NCBI GenBank assembly: GCA_043228905.1
Contig: JBHGNT010000022.1
Coordinates: 10,602,001-10,666,000, forward strand
Reading direction: 5' to 3'
Source: Azolla caroliniana
Taxonomy: Eukaryota; Plantae; Polypodiophyta
DNA: 64,000 nt
Both the position numbers and the translations under genes were made by a program. Positions 1 to 13,738 of the stretch are shown here, in pieces (the stretch's first letter is position 1; each line of letters opens with the position of its first letter). Under the pieces are notes generated by a model. That model worked only from the letters and a program-made list of their open reading frames with translations. It was not told the DNA's origin and ran no database searches.

Positions 1-1296
1 GTTAAACAGAAATTTTTTCATGAATGTCATGATGCACCATCTGTTGGTCATCCTGGAATACAACGCACACTCGTTCTCATCTCGTGTACTTTTTTCTGGC
101 CTAAGATGCGCTCTGATGTGCATAAATACGTAACTCAATGCTTACAATGTCAGATTAATAAGTCGGAACGACTTAAAGCTGCTGGTCTTTTACATCCCTT
201 AGATATTCCCAACAATAAATGGGAAAGTATCTCGATGGATTTTATTGTTAGTTTACCTCGTACACAGAGGGGTCATGATGCCATATGGGTTGTCGTTGAC
301 AGGCTAACAAAATTAGCTAGATTTATTCCTACAAAAACCACGGTAACCGCTCAACAGTTGGCTTATCAATTTATTGATGAGTTATTTCGTTTTTATGGAT
401 TACCGATGGATATTGTTAGTGATCGAGATTCCAAGTTTACTAGTGACTTTTGGACTCAGGTCTTTAAGAAACTAGAAACTACGTTGAGCATGAGTTCCGC
501 AGATCATCCTCAGTCTGATGGACAAACTGAACGAGTTAATCAAATTATTGAGGACATGCTTCGAGCTTATGTAGCAAAAACCCCTTCTAAGTGGGAGCAA
601 TACCTTCCTATCTTAGAATTTGCCTATAATAGCTCTAAACATACATCCACTGGATATAGTCCTTTTATGTTGATGTATGGTTTTCAGCCACGTGCCCCAG
701 TTGATGTCACGATTCATCGTGATACATTAGACAGTACACGCAATTTTTTGCAAGACATGAACCAAATGTTGCATATTGCCAAAGAAAATGTCAAGACAAC
801 TCAAGATCGTGCTCGATTTTATGCTGATCAGGATAGACGTCCTCGTGCATTTACTATTGGTCAAAAAGTTTTTTTGCGTGTCCCGACTGATTCTACGTCA
901 TTATCTACGGGCAAGTGCGCTAAGTTAGCCCCACGATATTGTGGCCCATTTGAAATCCTTAAGCGAGTTGGGTCATCTGCTTATCACCTTGCCTTACCTC
1001 GTAACGTTGGTATTCATCCTGTTTTTCACGTCAGTCGTCTAAAACCATTTTTAGGCTCCGGTGATAACACCATCACAATCCAAGATCTTGTAACATTAGA
1101 GGATTTTTCTTACAAACCTCATGTTCCTGAACGAATTCTTGATTCTCGTACTAAACGTTTACGTTCTAAAGAGATTCGGCTATTCAAGATCAAATGGATG
1201 GATAAACCTATTGATGATGCCACATGGGAACGCGAGCATTCGCTTAAGGCACAATTTCCTCACTTTATATTGCAAGAGTGCAATCTTTTGAAGTAG
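1..1296 (+). CDS. Ty3/Gypsy chromovirus pol 3' part: integrase (HHCC zinc finger, DDE core) plus C-terminal chromodomain; 5'-truncated by window edge
   Basis: HECHDAPSVGHPG..CLQC zinc finger; SMDF, IVSDRD, QSDGQTER core; GPF and HPVFHVS motifs; PERILDSR..FKIKW...DDATWE chromodomain. Confidence 0.95.
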   Translation, partial: VKQKFFHECHDAPSVGHPGIQRTLVLISCTFFWPKMRSDVHKYVTQCLQCQINKSERLKAAGLLHPLDIPNNKWESISMDFIVSLPRTQRGHDAIWVVVDRLTKLARFIPTKTTVTAQQLAYQFIDELFRFYGLPMDIVSDRDSKFTSDFWTQVFKKLETTLSMSSADHPQSDGQTERVNQIIEDMLRAYVAKTPSKWEQYLPILEFAYNSSKHTSTGYSPFMLMYGFQPRAPVDVTIHRDTLDSTRNFLQDMNQMLHIAKENVKTTQDRARFYADQDRRPRAFTIGQKVFLRVPTDSTSLSTGKCAKLAPRYCGPFEILKRVGSSAYHLALPRNVGIHPVFHVSRLKPFLGSGDNTITIQDLVTLEDFSYKPHVPERILDSRTKRLRSKEIRLFKIKWMDKPIDDATWEREHSLKAQFPHFILQECNLLK

Positions 1297-1303
1297 GGGA
1301 GTA

Positions 1304-1774
1304 TGTTATGTACACATAATGTTGGTGAGGGTAGGTCACTAATATTTACATTAGTGAAGGGTATGTTCACTATTATTAAAAAGGGGACTAATGATTGGAT
1401 AGAATGAATGATATGTGCATGCACTATCATGATTTAGACAACCAATGAATAGAGAGCCTTTTAGAAAGGCACATCTATTCAAGGGGCCTAGGAAAAGGTA
1501 TAAATATGAGGCTTAGCTACCCTCATAGGAATCACGTCGGAAGGCTGCTGTCGTAGACACCGGTGGTGCGGGCTAGGCTTTCGTCTCGACGATCGTGTTT
1601 ATCTCTTCCAAGGTATTAGTCATCCTAATATCCGGCGGTATGGGACGTCGGTGGTAGGTTGGCTATGTCTAGATCATAGCTCGGGGGTGGTCGGGTGGAA
1701 CGGGTTCTTCTATCCAATCTATTTTCTTCCTTTTTACTTGATTTGGTCTATTGATTAGTAATAGACTCTTAACA
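1304..1774 (+). repeat. 3' LTR of chromovirus element A
   Basis: Follows PPT AAGTAGGGGAG (1291-1301); TGTTA...TAACA ends; TATAAAT near 1500; unrelated integrase sequence resumes at 1775. Confidence 0.8.
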
Positions 1775-2703
1775 GGATCTGGCAACGCGGGATATGCTAG
1801 GATGAAAAGGAAGCCCTTCTGCGTGAAGCTCATTGCGGTACGACCGGGGGACATTACGCGGGTGATGTTACGGCCCGAAAAATATGGCAAGAAGGGCTAT
1901 GGTGGTGAACTACGCAGAAAGACGCATATCAATACTATAGACAGTGTGATCTATGTCAACAGTTGGGGCAACCTACGAAGCTCGCACTGATGCCGCACCA
2001 ACCGGTTCTTCCATTGGATCCATTCTAGAAATGGGGTATGGAATTTTCCGTTCCCTTTACACCGGCAACGACGCGGACGAGCAATAAGTACATTCTCGTA
2101 CCAATGGATTACAACACGAAGTGGGTAGAAGCAAAAGCGTTATGGGATAGTATGGCGACATCCATGGCAAAATTTCTTTACGAATACATTTGGTGTCGTT
2201 TTGGTTGCCCAATGGAGCTCATCAGTGATCAAGGGAGCTACTTTCTAAATGTAGTCATTTTCGAGCTAACACAACATTACGCCGTAGTGCATAAGAAGAG
2301 CACACCATATTACCCACAGGCGAATGGGTTATTGGAGTCCACAAACAAGACCTTACAGACCATAATGAAAAAGATCATGAATGAAAATAGGACAGACTAG
2401 GATACGAAGTTGCACAGTGCCTTGTGGGCATATTGGACGAGTTACAAAACTAGCGTATAGTCCACACCCTTCCTGCTCACGTTTGGGTTAGAAGCCATAA
2501 TGCCCATCGAATTCTAGGTGCCCAGTTTGAGAATTCAAGTACGAGACCGACTATCAGAAGGCAAGTCCGAGAAAATACGGCTACAACTTCTCAAATTAGG
2601 CGAGTAGTATGGTTGTGCTCGAGCAAGATCAGCGACGGTGTAAAGCGTTCATGGATTGACATCGGGGCACAAAGGAGAAATACTTTGCTATTGGGAAGGT
2701 CGA

Positions 2704-3748
2704 TGTCGTGAAAATTTTCGGTAATGGTGTGAAAATTGCATAAAACATACGAAATCGAGTATAAATCATATAAAACAATAATAGTAAAAATACTATTTTA
2801 AATAAGTTTAATATCTTAGTACAAAAAGATGGAGGTCTTCAAGAGCTTTTGAATGCAATTTACTACATAAGAAACGAACATCTAAGTCTCAAGTTATGTG
2901 GGTAGGAAGTTTGCAAAGGAAAAAAGAGAAAGATAAAACTGTGAGATATCCCACATAGACAGGACAAAAAAGGATCTCACCATATATAAGGTAGAGCAAA
3001 AGCTATTATCTTTGTATTTATGTGTGGAGCATAGAAAGTTCAGGGCGACTTGAACTAAACTAATTGGATAAGTGGGTGTGGCCTAGCTACTTGTAAAGGT
3101 TTTGGCCAACCACCAGCGACGGAGCCGGCGACCAACAAGCAGTGACCGACTGGTGACTGCCAAGCGACTCGGGATGCGGACCTAACCGGATCGGTCGGGT
3201 CGGTTGATCGCGGTGCATGGTGTCTTAAAGATATTTGGTCCAAAAGCCTAATAGTATTTTGTGCATAAAAGAAAAGATATAAGCAAGACTCGAACTTTGC
3301 ACCTCCAAGATAGGAAGCAATAGGCTTACCATTAAACCAAATCATCTCTTCAGGGATTTACATTTTAATCATTATAGTTTTAGATGTAAATTCTCATATT
3401 AGAGCTTGATTGAGTGACATATGATTGATGAGCGCCAAATGGCAAACATGCATCACATGCATTCCATGCATTGTATGAATGTCTTGACCCTCACATGCAT
3501 CATATGCATGGGAGCATCTATAAAAGGGTGGATGAAAAAGATTAAGGGGAGCGATGTATTAATCAAGAAATTAAAAGTAAAAAATTCGTTATCTAATTGA
3601 TGTATCAATCTTGTTCTTCAAATCTAAAGTCAAGAGTTCAATCTTAATCTCTCTCAATCTAAAGCTAATGCAAACTTCGAGTCCTTCCGGTCCAGAACCC
3701 CGGTGGTTCCACCTCACGATCTACGCGTAGTGATGGATCTTCGCGACA
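2704..3748 (+). mobile_element. Solo LTR related to the LTRs of Gypsy element G, inserted in the integrase of B
   Basis: TGTCGTGAA...TTCGCGACA ends; integrase reading FAIGK|VLVF is split; shares AAAACTGTGRGATATCCCACATAGAYAGGACAA and GTCCAGAACCC..GGTTC..CTCACGATC with the reverse complement of 60805-62058; TSD not clean. Confidence 0.75.
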
Positions 3749-4325
3749 CCGTATTGGTCTTTCCAACACGCATGTGTCAAGTGCCAGGCAAGTTACGGTT
3801 CCGGTGGACAGGGCCGTATTGGATAGTTGGAGCGGAAAATGGCACCTTCCAATTGGGTACCCTCGCTGGAGTTATACTTCGGCAAAAAGTGAATGGGTTT
3901 TGATTAAAACCTTATCTGGGACCTACGCCCCCGAACCTGTTCCACGTTGTAACTGACACGACAGAGAGGTCCCTACACTAATCCGTAGATGGGACCCACG
4001 TGTAATAAAAAGTAACAGTAATATTGTACATTACCATTAAAAAAAAAAGAAAAAAAGAGAGGATAGTCACGACTATTAAAAGGTGTTTGTGCATGCGCAA
4101 ACTTCAAGATCAAGCACACGCGGCACCACGATGTCACACAACCCTATGAACCCTAGAGCACAAAAAGAGGGAAAAAGATGGTTTTTTGCACACTACAGAA
4201 AACACAATAACTCTCCTAACCCTTCTCGCTTCACTCGCTCTCCTCACTCCCCAACATACAACAGAGTCCACAATCACCGTGGCTTGAGAACTTCACCTAT
4301 TCCACACGAGCCTCTTCCACCCACG

Positions 4326-6843
4326 ATGTCGGTCTCCATCTCTACAACGTTACGCAAGTGGCTCTTGGAAAAGGGTTTTGAGGAGTACATCAGGGTCGCA
4401 GAGGCACCATTACAACCTGATGCTCTCGACATCGCCAAAAAGCTCAATGTGGACACGGTGACAAACACCAATATTCGAAAAAAATTAGACCTATCTACGA
4501 CTAGGGAGAAACACTTCGATATTCCTTCTACAGAAACCCTAGAAGAATATTTTGGGGAATACTCTATATCAACCAAGGCATACCAAACGAAAGACATCCT
4601 GAACCTATTCTTTCAAGAAATAGCCACGTTCCTACTTGAGGTCAGTTGCGTGCACGTCAACACGTACGGGATGCTGAAAGAAAAGGCAGGCATTATCATT
4701 GATACATTCGAAGGGCGCGCAGTAGATTGGGGAGTGATTATGGTACCAACGCTAAAAGAGGGCATGCACGCATACCAGGCTAGCAAAAGGCTACGACCGA
4801 TTATACAACAGTACCTTACAATACTGTTTCCGCCTCGCGGTCTGCCCACCCCACCACCCAGTAAACCTACGCCTCCACCAAGATCCGTGAAATGATGGTT
4901 ATCGGAATTGGCAACCACGGAATGGGAAGAGGAACCACAACCTCCCCACCCTGTAGTGCAATCATTGCAGCCAGAACAACCAACAAGGCCGGTCGAAGCA
5001 CCAACAACAACGATTGAACACGAAACTGAACAAAATCAAGAAAGCCGAGGCCAAAACGGCGAAGATTAGATCGGAAGGATGGCTGCGGACTAGTCAAAGA
5101 TACAACCGCACGAGTCGACACTTCTGCCCCTACGGAGCACATCACTACATTTGAGATCATCCGGGAACCCTAGCCGATCATTACGGCTCAGTCGCAACGT
5201 GGCAAAGGAGTGCTCACAGCGGAAAGCGAAGTCCTCTAGTATCCAGACATCCCGGATACGGCCCATGAGTTCGGCGCGCTATTACAGTTTGGGACGACTT
5301 ACGAACTCATGGATTTTTTGGCAACACAACAGATCAAGGTGTTGCAGAGAATGGCCGAGGAGCACGCAGAACAACAAATGATTGAGCGTGTGTTGACGAG
5401 AATGGCGCAAAGTGACGATGAGAGACCCCTCGCCAAGATAGGTAGACAGCGGAACGCAGGGATTCGCCACATGGGCATTGAATTACCCCCATTGAATACG
5501 ACCCTCGTCAAAGTACATAGGGAGTTGGCCACAGTCAAAATTGGGATCCAAAGATATGGCTATCAAAAATAAGAATGTCTGGAAAATAGTCAAGCTCTGT
5601 CTCAAACCCAACTATAGAAGGCCCAAGAGCACATTGCGGAATTAGAACGCAGCACAACTACGGCGTAGCAAAACCCGAGACTGGCATCCAGCGATGACAC
5701 ATCAATGACTTTACGAGAGGAAGTCGAAGCACAAACCGCCATTGCGCCAAAGAAAAAAGAGTTACGCAATTAGCTGAGTCCGAGATTGACCGCCTTCGCG
5801 CGGAACTGCGGCAATCATCAGACAGAGAAAAGGATGTCCGGGCAAAAGGATGTAGGGTGGTGAAAGCACTAGAGGATAAGCTCGAGGCAGAGAGAGTGGC
5901 GCATACCCACACAAAAGAAGAAAACAAGAAGTTGCGTGAGGAAGCCCAAAAGACAGAAGCCATTATCACGGGGCTTCAAGAGTTATTGGAATGAAAGAAG
6001 GCATGGTACGATGAGCAGCTCGTGCAGGAACAGGAACTAAAGCATCAGGTAGATGTCCGCCTGAACAATGAAATGGGCCTACTCGAGGAAATACACTTGA
6101 AAGAATCCTAGATATGGACGAAAATGAAGAGCCTCTATGAGGAATAGGCTACGGCCAATAAACGTAAAGTCGAAAACCTCAAGAAAGCCCTGGACGACGT
6201 GCACACCTGCCCCCAAACAATAACGGACAATGTACGCGTCCTTCTTCAAAAAAATTGTGAGTGGTTTACGACACAGTTGAAAGCGGCATTGGACAAAGGA
6301 TGGATGGCATGGGCAATGCAAGCAGCAGATTTGCACACCTACCGGGTGAACTGGGAGAACCGATGAAAAGAAGGCAGAGGCGTCCACAAGCTCAATGAGG
6401 AAAGCATTGCGGTAGTACGCGAAGACCTCACGTAGAACTATCACACGTTAGCAGACTAGCACTCTAAAGCACTCACGCAACTATTGGAAGATTTCAGGGA
6501 AAGTCAGGAAGACATTTTCCACCGGCTAATGGAGGTTAGTAGCGAACAATAGAGGACGGAGACAATTGCAGTACCAAACAGTGATTCCGCTGAACAAGCT
6601 GAGCCTTAGCCCAATTCAAACAACCCTTCAGAGGTGACCACTATGCCTGTCAATGCTATGGAAGAAACGGACAGGGAAGAGCTCCGTCCGACCCCTTGCC
6701 CACAGACTAAAGAGCCCACCCTAGAACCGTGGACGAATGATTCGGACATCAAACCAAAGGAGCTGGCCCTGATCATGCGGAGTACAGATGACAACATGGA
6801 AACTCACACACCGGCCGAACATGGTGAAATGGACGACACGTAG
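4326..6843 (+). pseudogene. Accessory ORF downstream of pol in element B (conserved N-terminal domain, Pro-rich linker, coiled coil), disrupted
   Basis: EEYFGEYSISTKAYQT..FQEIA..AGIIIDTFEGRAVDWGVI matches element E IKYFGEYSLASKGYRT..FREIA..ASLIIATYEGVKVDWLVL. Confidence 0.75.
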
Positions 6844-7743
6844 TTTGAGGAGCCGGTCGAGCAGAATAACGAAGCACCTGCGGACGTCACACCGTTTCCA
6901 GACCAAGCCGTACGGACAGAGTGAAACATCGTGGACATTTCGAACGATGAGTAGAGGGACAGGTTCGACGTGCCAGGGCACTGTCCCACAAGCGTGCCAA
7001 GTGTTGTCCGTCGGACCTAATACTTAGACAAATAGAATATATTATTAGAAGCATTAAAGAAATGCATGTAACAGTTCATGCTAGGTGTGTAACGGACTAA
7101 AAGTCCTATGTATATAAACGGTGGAAATCCTTTGTAAAGAGCTAGCGTGTAATTTGGGAACTACCCTTTTGGTAATAGAGTACTATCTTCTCTGATTTAT
7201 GTGGAAAAATGCCAAATCAAGGATAAAACCACGAGCTATACCATAATGTTTATCGAAACTATATTATAATAACCTCATTTATAGGCACGATAAAAAACAA
7301 TAATGATGTATAGTAGACGTAGTAGATCTCACTACATGCAAACAAAAAATCGTATCAATAAAACTTCAGATATGGGGTTTTGGTAACTCATCAAGGCTCA
7401 ATTTAGAACAAAATAGAACAGTAGAAGAATGCATTTGTATTGCAAACTGTAATCAATGAAAACAAAGTTCAAAGATTCAAGATGATTGAAAATTAGGGAG
7501 TTGGGATGTGATACGTTATGTAGATAACCACAGAATAAGCTTCTTATCCGGTCAATAAAACAACACTAGCTATATACACGACATGTTGTCTGCTATTGTT
7601 TCAAAATGTTCATGCAAAACCAATAGGGCAAATGAACCAATTTTTGAAGACTAAGAACACTAAGAACTTAATCAAAAGTGAAGATACAAAGTGAAGACAA
7701 TTAAAATAAATTTTCCATTAACGCATAAAACCATTACATAACA

Positions 7744-7972
7744 CGAAGATATAATATTTGAGTTTGAGTATTTACAAGAGTTGAAACTGAAGATACAATA
7801 TTCAAGTTTGAATATTTACAGAAGTTGAAACTGAAGATACAATATGGGAGAATGTATATTTACAAGTAAAAACTGAAGATACAATATGGGAGATTGTGTA
7901 TTTACAAGTTCAAACTAAAGATACAATATTTGAGTTTGTGTATTTACAGAAGTTGAAACTTAAGAGACAATA
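7744..7972. repeat. Minisatellite, ~42-bp unit, 5-6 copies
   Basis: Recurrent ACTGAAGATACAATAT...TATTTACA(G)AAGTTGAA. Confidence 0.85.
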
Positions 7973-8643
7973 ATCGAGTCAACCTCCCTACTTGCAAAAA
8001 GGCATCAACATCATCTCATGTCCATGGACCCTATAAAAGAAGCCAAACAAGGTTACCATTCAACAATGTACAAATATGAATATGCAAATGAATAAAAATA
8101 TAAATTTAAGAATGGAATCAAACTTGGCAAAACTGAATCACACCAAAGTCCGAACAAATATGTTTAAACAACAAATCTATGTAGCAAGAATTCAAACTTT
8201 GAAGCATAAATATTAGTGAGAGATACTCCATTGCAATTTGTTATTGTGAACCAGTGTTCTCCCACACCATTTGAGTAGTGAATAGCAACAATTGTAGCAC
8301 TTGTTATGCACCCTACCCCATCATCAATCCATATACGTTGGCCCTTCAAAGCTTTCACAACAATTGAATATATCACCATGATTATGATTTAAAGGCAACG
8401 TGCTATCACAATGATTGCAATGTGATGTTTGGTTTTTACCGAATATTAGCACCAAAGAATTACAATGCATACATTTAACCTTGATACATCTCGGTAGACG
8501 AACCCACTTTCGATCCTTGTATGCCCCACCCAGGGCCTAAATTTGACGGGTTAGTATCAAAGTTTTTTGACTGGCATTTTTTAAAGATGTATGTCATATG
8601 CCATAAGATTACAAAAACTAACATGTCATTTGATATACAAATT

Positions 8644-9700
8644 TTAAAAGCGAAAAGCTCTTTCCATGCCTTGTACTTTTGGAAATAGATGGTCAACCCA
8701 ATCCTTCTTCACATGGAACGAACATAGCAAAATCAAGCAAGTTGTTTGTTGTCGTTTACGGTCATTCACCATCTCCCAACAACCTGAATGAGCTTCAATA
8801 ACTTTTTTCAATGAGTTGTATTCAGTCCAAGACTTATCTATTACCAAGGCTTTAGGTATTACACCTTCCATTCTTTCAAATACGATCTTTAATGTCATTT
8901 CTAGCGCGAGTTCTTCATGTTGAGATCCCGCATCATTGGTGCAAAGCATGTACCACAATGGGATGCCGACACCATGCTCATTTGGTGCAATCCGCAACAT
9001 ATAAAGGCGAATACACATGTTTGACATCCACTTATATTGCATTATCAAAACAAATGGTTGCTTCATAGGAATATATGGTTGAACATAAGCTACTTTACCT
9101 TGTACCTTCAATGCATATGCTTCTTGCATCATTGTAACCCAATCATCTACTGGTATAACTTTTTTAACAATAAACTTTCTAGCCATGTTATGAAGCTCCT
9201 TTGTGAGCATAAAGAACTTAAACACAACTCTCTCAACAGGAGTCACTTTGGTCTTATGGATAATAGCTTTTCTCACGCTTATCCTTGCTACGTGCCTCAC
9301 ACCCAATGTCAAAAAGATCATCCATACAACATCTAATGAAATTTGGATGCATCGTCAAATGATATACCTCACCTGGTGCAATTTGGATCATGGCGACTGT
9401 GTTGATCATATATATTCATGGACAATAGTTTTCTATCTCCAATTGACTTGCGAACATCCACATGAAAAGCGCATCTACATTGTTTGGTAGTCTTACATCT
9501 ACAAATGCATTTGCTACCCTTTCTTGATTTTCCCCCACAATGACAAATATAACTTTCTAGATATTTGGCATTGGTATAACACTTCTTTAAGTATGTAGAG
9601 TATTTAACTTGAACGTCATCTAATACCATCCTCAACGTGGATTCTTCTACTACAAACTTCATTTGGAGCACTACTAGTATGATGTTGTGTGTCTAAAGAT
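8644..9700 (-). pseudogene. Mutator-like (MULE) transposase relic
   Basis: PKALVIDKSWTEYNSL and ILLCSFHVKKDW (D...CxxH pattern); upstream YICHCGG..CRCAFHV WRKY/FAR1-like zinc motif. Confidence 0.65.
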
Positions 9701-10965
9701 GTCATTTTTAGTATACATTTTGACATCCATAGGCATCAATGCAAGCTTTCACATACACCTTGGATAACTAGTGATATCGTCTGTCTACAAACCAACCTTT
9801 TTAAATTTTGTGCAATTTATCTTTTAGCCCGAAATGGCTAGTTTTAACATGAGCATTTGCCACTATTTCTCCCCATTGATCAATATAGCATATCCTTAAA
9901 TTAGGAGAATCCTTTAAATATATTTAATCCCCCATTAAAAATATTCCTTGTTTTATTCTTTTCCATAATCTAAGATCCACTATTAGTCCGATATTGGCAT
10001 CTCTCAATACCTCAAGTGATATTTTACATGTTGTAGGCTTTAGGGTTAGGGTAAAGGCATGGGATGGAAACACTATTATAGCTAATTAGCTGCTAAAATG
10101 GCCATAGCTATTTAAGTATTTGTTTAGCTAATTTTTCATGGGTAAATCATAAGGATCATTTACAATTTGTTTTTGCTTTATTACTTTAATACATGTCATT
10201 TATTATGGTCAATAGGTAATTTATGAGAATACTCAAAAATTTGAACTTTGGTTTCTGACATGGTGGAACTTGGGGAACAATGCCCACATCTAAACTTGAC
10301 TTGAATGTCAACAAAGTCCTAGTAATGCCGAGTTGGAGTTCGAGATCCAAACAGATGGAGTACTCTGAGCACGAGCATAGACAAAGCTCCCGCAACACCA
10401 GAAAACTCTGATATCAACATTGCACCTTTAGAGTACCACAACACCACTAGTTATCCTAGTCTAGGTATGCATCAATTACACATTACATGCATTCAAAAAT
10501 CTTATTTTTTTTTGTTTCTGATAACTGTCTTGCCTGTTCATCTTTTATAAAAAAAGATTAGGGCGAAGTCGTTGCAGTCCCAAACAAGGATGTCGTGAAA
10601 ATTGGGGTGTAGCAGCAGGTGTGTTTCTGATTGCCAATAATTTTGATTAGGGTTGATTTCAAACATATTTTAAATTAAGGTTTTTGATTTCTTTAAGCAG
10701 TTGATTTTTTATTAGGGTTTCTAATTTCTTTAAGCGGTTGATTTTTTTTTATGGTTGAAATTTTTTGATTTAGGGTTGAAATTTTGCATCAATACACATT
10801 TCTAATTACAATGTTTGTATGTCTACAAATTTCCTCCAAACTTGATTTATGATTTTGATGCATGTGCATGGTGTTTATTTTTTTGATTCTTCCCTACTAA
10901 TTATGATTTTAAATAGACATGTCCCAGTAGAGCAAAGGTAACATGTATTGATTTTTTATTTCAGG

Positions 10966-13579
10966 TGGCATGTTCCTCCATATCCTAGGGTGCTGAACTT
11001 TGCCAAGTTTTGCGAGACAAAGGAGGAATTCAACCACATATATGGTCTGTGAGTGGAGGGTAATGACCTTGTTGTGTTAACAGATAAATCGATTAGTGAT
11101 ATAGAATGGTTGTCAGTCTATAAAGCACCCACAGTGAAAGGCAAGGTGAAGTTGAAGCATGTACGACTAGAGTTGTATGAAGTCTGCATGAGGCTCCACC
11201 AAAAAGTACGTCAAGAGATCACCGTCAACATCGAAGTGTCTGTTGCATTGGCTAGAGCTTTTGCCTACGAGTATTGCAAAATAACAAAGTAAGCAACTAA
11301 CCTTGAAATGTACATGGTAGCTTGGGCTCTTGCAGATGAGGCGTTAGTGGAACGATGCCGGAAGATGGGGAGCTTGCAACAAAAGATGGCATGATTCTAG
11401 AGCATTGCAGTTGATGATGCAACTGCCGACTCTCAACAAACCCAGAAGGAGACACCACACATAAAAAAAATGAAAGCAAACGTGAATGATACAGATGAGA
11501 CATTGATTAGCTATATGCTAAAAAATGTCCATGAAGCCTGTGAAACATTAGAGACAACAAAGTCTGTTGTAGAGAAAGCAACTTTGGCTGCTGCAATGGA
11601 AAGCAAGGTCATTTTGGCAGTGACAACAATTAGAAACAAGATTCAGGTAGCTATTTTTTTGCTAGTGTGTTATAAATAGCTTGTACATGAAAATCTACTT
11701 AGTGAGGCATTATCTAGAACAAGTTGCTCAACATGAGCTCGAAACTGAAGGGCCGCTAGATCACCAGCGGAAAATATAGCTACAAACAGAGATTCAAGTT
11801 CTTTCAATGAACCTGGATCTTCTAGGGCTTAATCCTGTCGTTGATAAAAATTTGGAGAACCTCGAAGTAAGTTAATGATTCTTGTTTCTTGTTGTTCAGT
11901 CTTCCTCGTTAAGGAATGATAAATCGGTAAAATTGTTGGCTGTGTTGTAGGAACAATACACAAATCAAGAACACGTAGTTAGTTGCCTTAAGAAGCAGCT
12001 AAAATTTGTGGAGGGGATGGTAAGGTATAGACAAGAATTGGACCTCTACATTCTTGCTCCCTTCCCAAAAGTAGGAGAACCAGGCAACAATATATTGACT
12101 GTTCAAGTATGTTGCATCGCTTGCGGCTTAGCCCCAAACGACAGAACTACTACCCTGTTGGTACACCTACGAGCATGCTAGCATACATACCATATCGCTT
12201 GTTTTACATATGCCTATTACACTTGTACAGTATGTTAGGGGGATTGCAATACAACTCTCCCTGATGAGTAGAGAAAACATATAGGTAAATTTGTTGCTTG
12301 TCTCTATAGTGTAATAGTTAATTAGTTACAACTTAGCTAATTAGCTAAGCAATATAATGTGTGGTATCTAATTACTATTGTGGCTCTGTAGTATAGTAGC
12401 TAATTAGCTAAGTAGTATAAAGTGTGTTAGCTAATTACCTATTGCCAATCTATAGTATAGTAGCAAGTTAACTAAAAGAGTATCAAGAGTGGTAGCTTAT
12501 TAGCTATTACCAATCTATAGTGTAGTAGCTAATTAGCGAAGTAGTATCATGAGTGTAGCCAATTAGCTACTACCAAACTAAAGTATAGTAGCTAATTAGC
12601 TAAGTAGTATCAAGAGTGATAGCTTATTAACTACTGCCAATCTATAGTGTAGTAGCTAATTAGCTAAGTTGTAGCTAATTAGTTGAGCAATATTGTGAGT
12701 GTAGCTAATTAGCTACTTCCAAACTATAGTTGCTAATCAACTAAGTTGTAGTTAATTACCTAAGCAGTATCAAGAGTGGTAGCTTATTAACTACTGTCAA
12801 TCTATATAGTAGTAGCTAATTAGCTAAGTTGTAGCTAATTAGCTAAGCAATATCAACACTGATACCTAATTAGCTACTACCAAACTAGAGTATAATAGCT
12901 AATTAGCGAAGTTGTAAATGATTGGCAAAGAAGTATCGAGAGTGTAGGTAAGGTGGTAAAAAAGCACAATAGTGTAGTGGATAAATAGCTTCATAAAAGT
13001 AGCTACACCTATCTTGAAAAAGTAGTAGCTAAAGGGAAGCCGCTAATTAGCTGACATGTTGTTGTAGAATCTCGTGGATTAAGGAGGTTGCATGAGGTGT
13101 CTGGTGCCGATGACGTCACAAAGGATGAGGAGATAACTAGCAATGTGGCTGAAAGTAAGAGTCCTGCTATCACATTTCCTTTAGATCAACTTCACCCTAT
13201 TCTTTTGGAAGATTGTACTAAATTAGGCAATGTTGTGAAAAGCCATGAAATACTCGACCCAACATGTAAATCTGAGCTTCATAACAATAGTATTTTTGAA
13301 CAGTTGATGCAACATTTCTTCGAATCTCAGAACCTTGATTCAACCCCACCGAGCCCAACTGTTGATGATGTCCCACCATATCCCACTCTACTTGAACAGC
13401 TAGTGCAAGTCCCGGTTGACGTGCAAGCCGCTACTGAGGCGATGGAAAGGTTGTCCGAGGAGGACACGTTTGTGCAATGGGTGAAAGAAGCGCGGTTAAA
13501 TGGGAAACCTTCTAGAAAAAGGTGGAAGACGGGGCCGCAATCGGGGACAAGACCAGTTACTCGGCGAAGGTGCTCTTGA
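10966..13579 (+). pseudogene. Multi-exon gene relic with coiled coil and RING-H2 finger
   Basis: Exon 11951-12284 translates CIAC-x17-C*H-x2-H-x2-C-x7-CTVC with three TAG stops; GT donor 12285 and AG acceptor 13067 join in phase to ORF 13088-13579; upstream exon boundaries approximate. Confidence 0.6.
12300..13052. repeat. Degenerate tandem array built on palindrome TAGCTAATTAGCTA, inside intron 12285-13067
   Basis: More than 15 exact or near-exact AGCTAATTAGCT cores with recurring AGTATCAAGAGTG / CAATCTATAGTGTAG linkers. Confidence 0.9.
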
Positions 13580-13738
13580 ATTACTAATTAGTGGGATAAT
13601 ATGACTATTAACTATTTTCCTAGAAAATTATGAAGTTTTCTTATGATCTATTTGGATAAGTTAAACCTCAAATTGGTTGTTGCTTGATTCGTATTATGTA
13701 ATGGAACTCAATATTATTTTTCTGTTGTAGAATATTTC

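Larger units (their letters stand above)
1775..7200 (+). mobile_element. Degenerate Ty3/Gypsy element B (integrase 1775-2703 and 3749-3960, accessory ORF, 3' LTR from 7002; right end uncertain)
   Basis: REAHCG..GGHYAG, DYNTKWVEA, LISDQGS, YYPQANG, KLRFRWTGPY motifs with stops and frameshifts; colinear with element E. Confidence 0.85.

Noticed and set aside
6962-6975. tRNA gene or SINE suggested by GGTTCGA
   Set aside because: No A box or cloverleaf recognisable; kept only as part of the pre-LTR motif.
10038-10052. Interstitial telomere repeat TTTAGGGTTAGGG
   Set aside because: Only two units; expected by chance or as a telo-box, with no further support.
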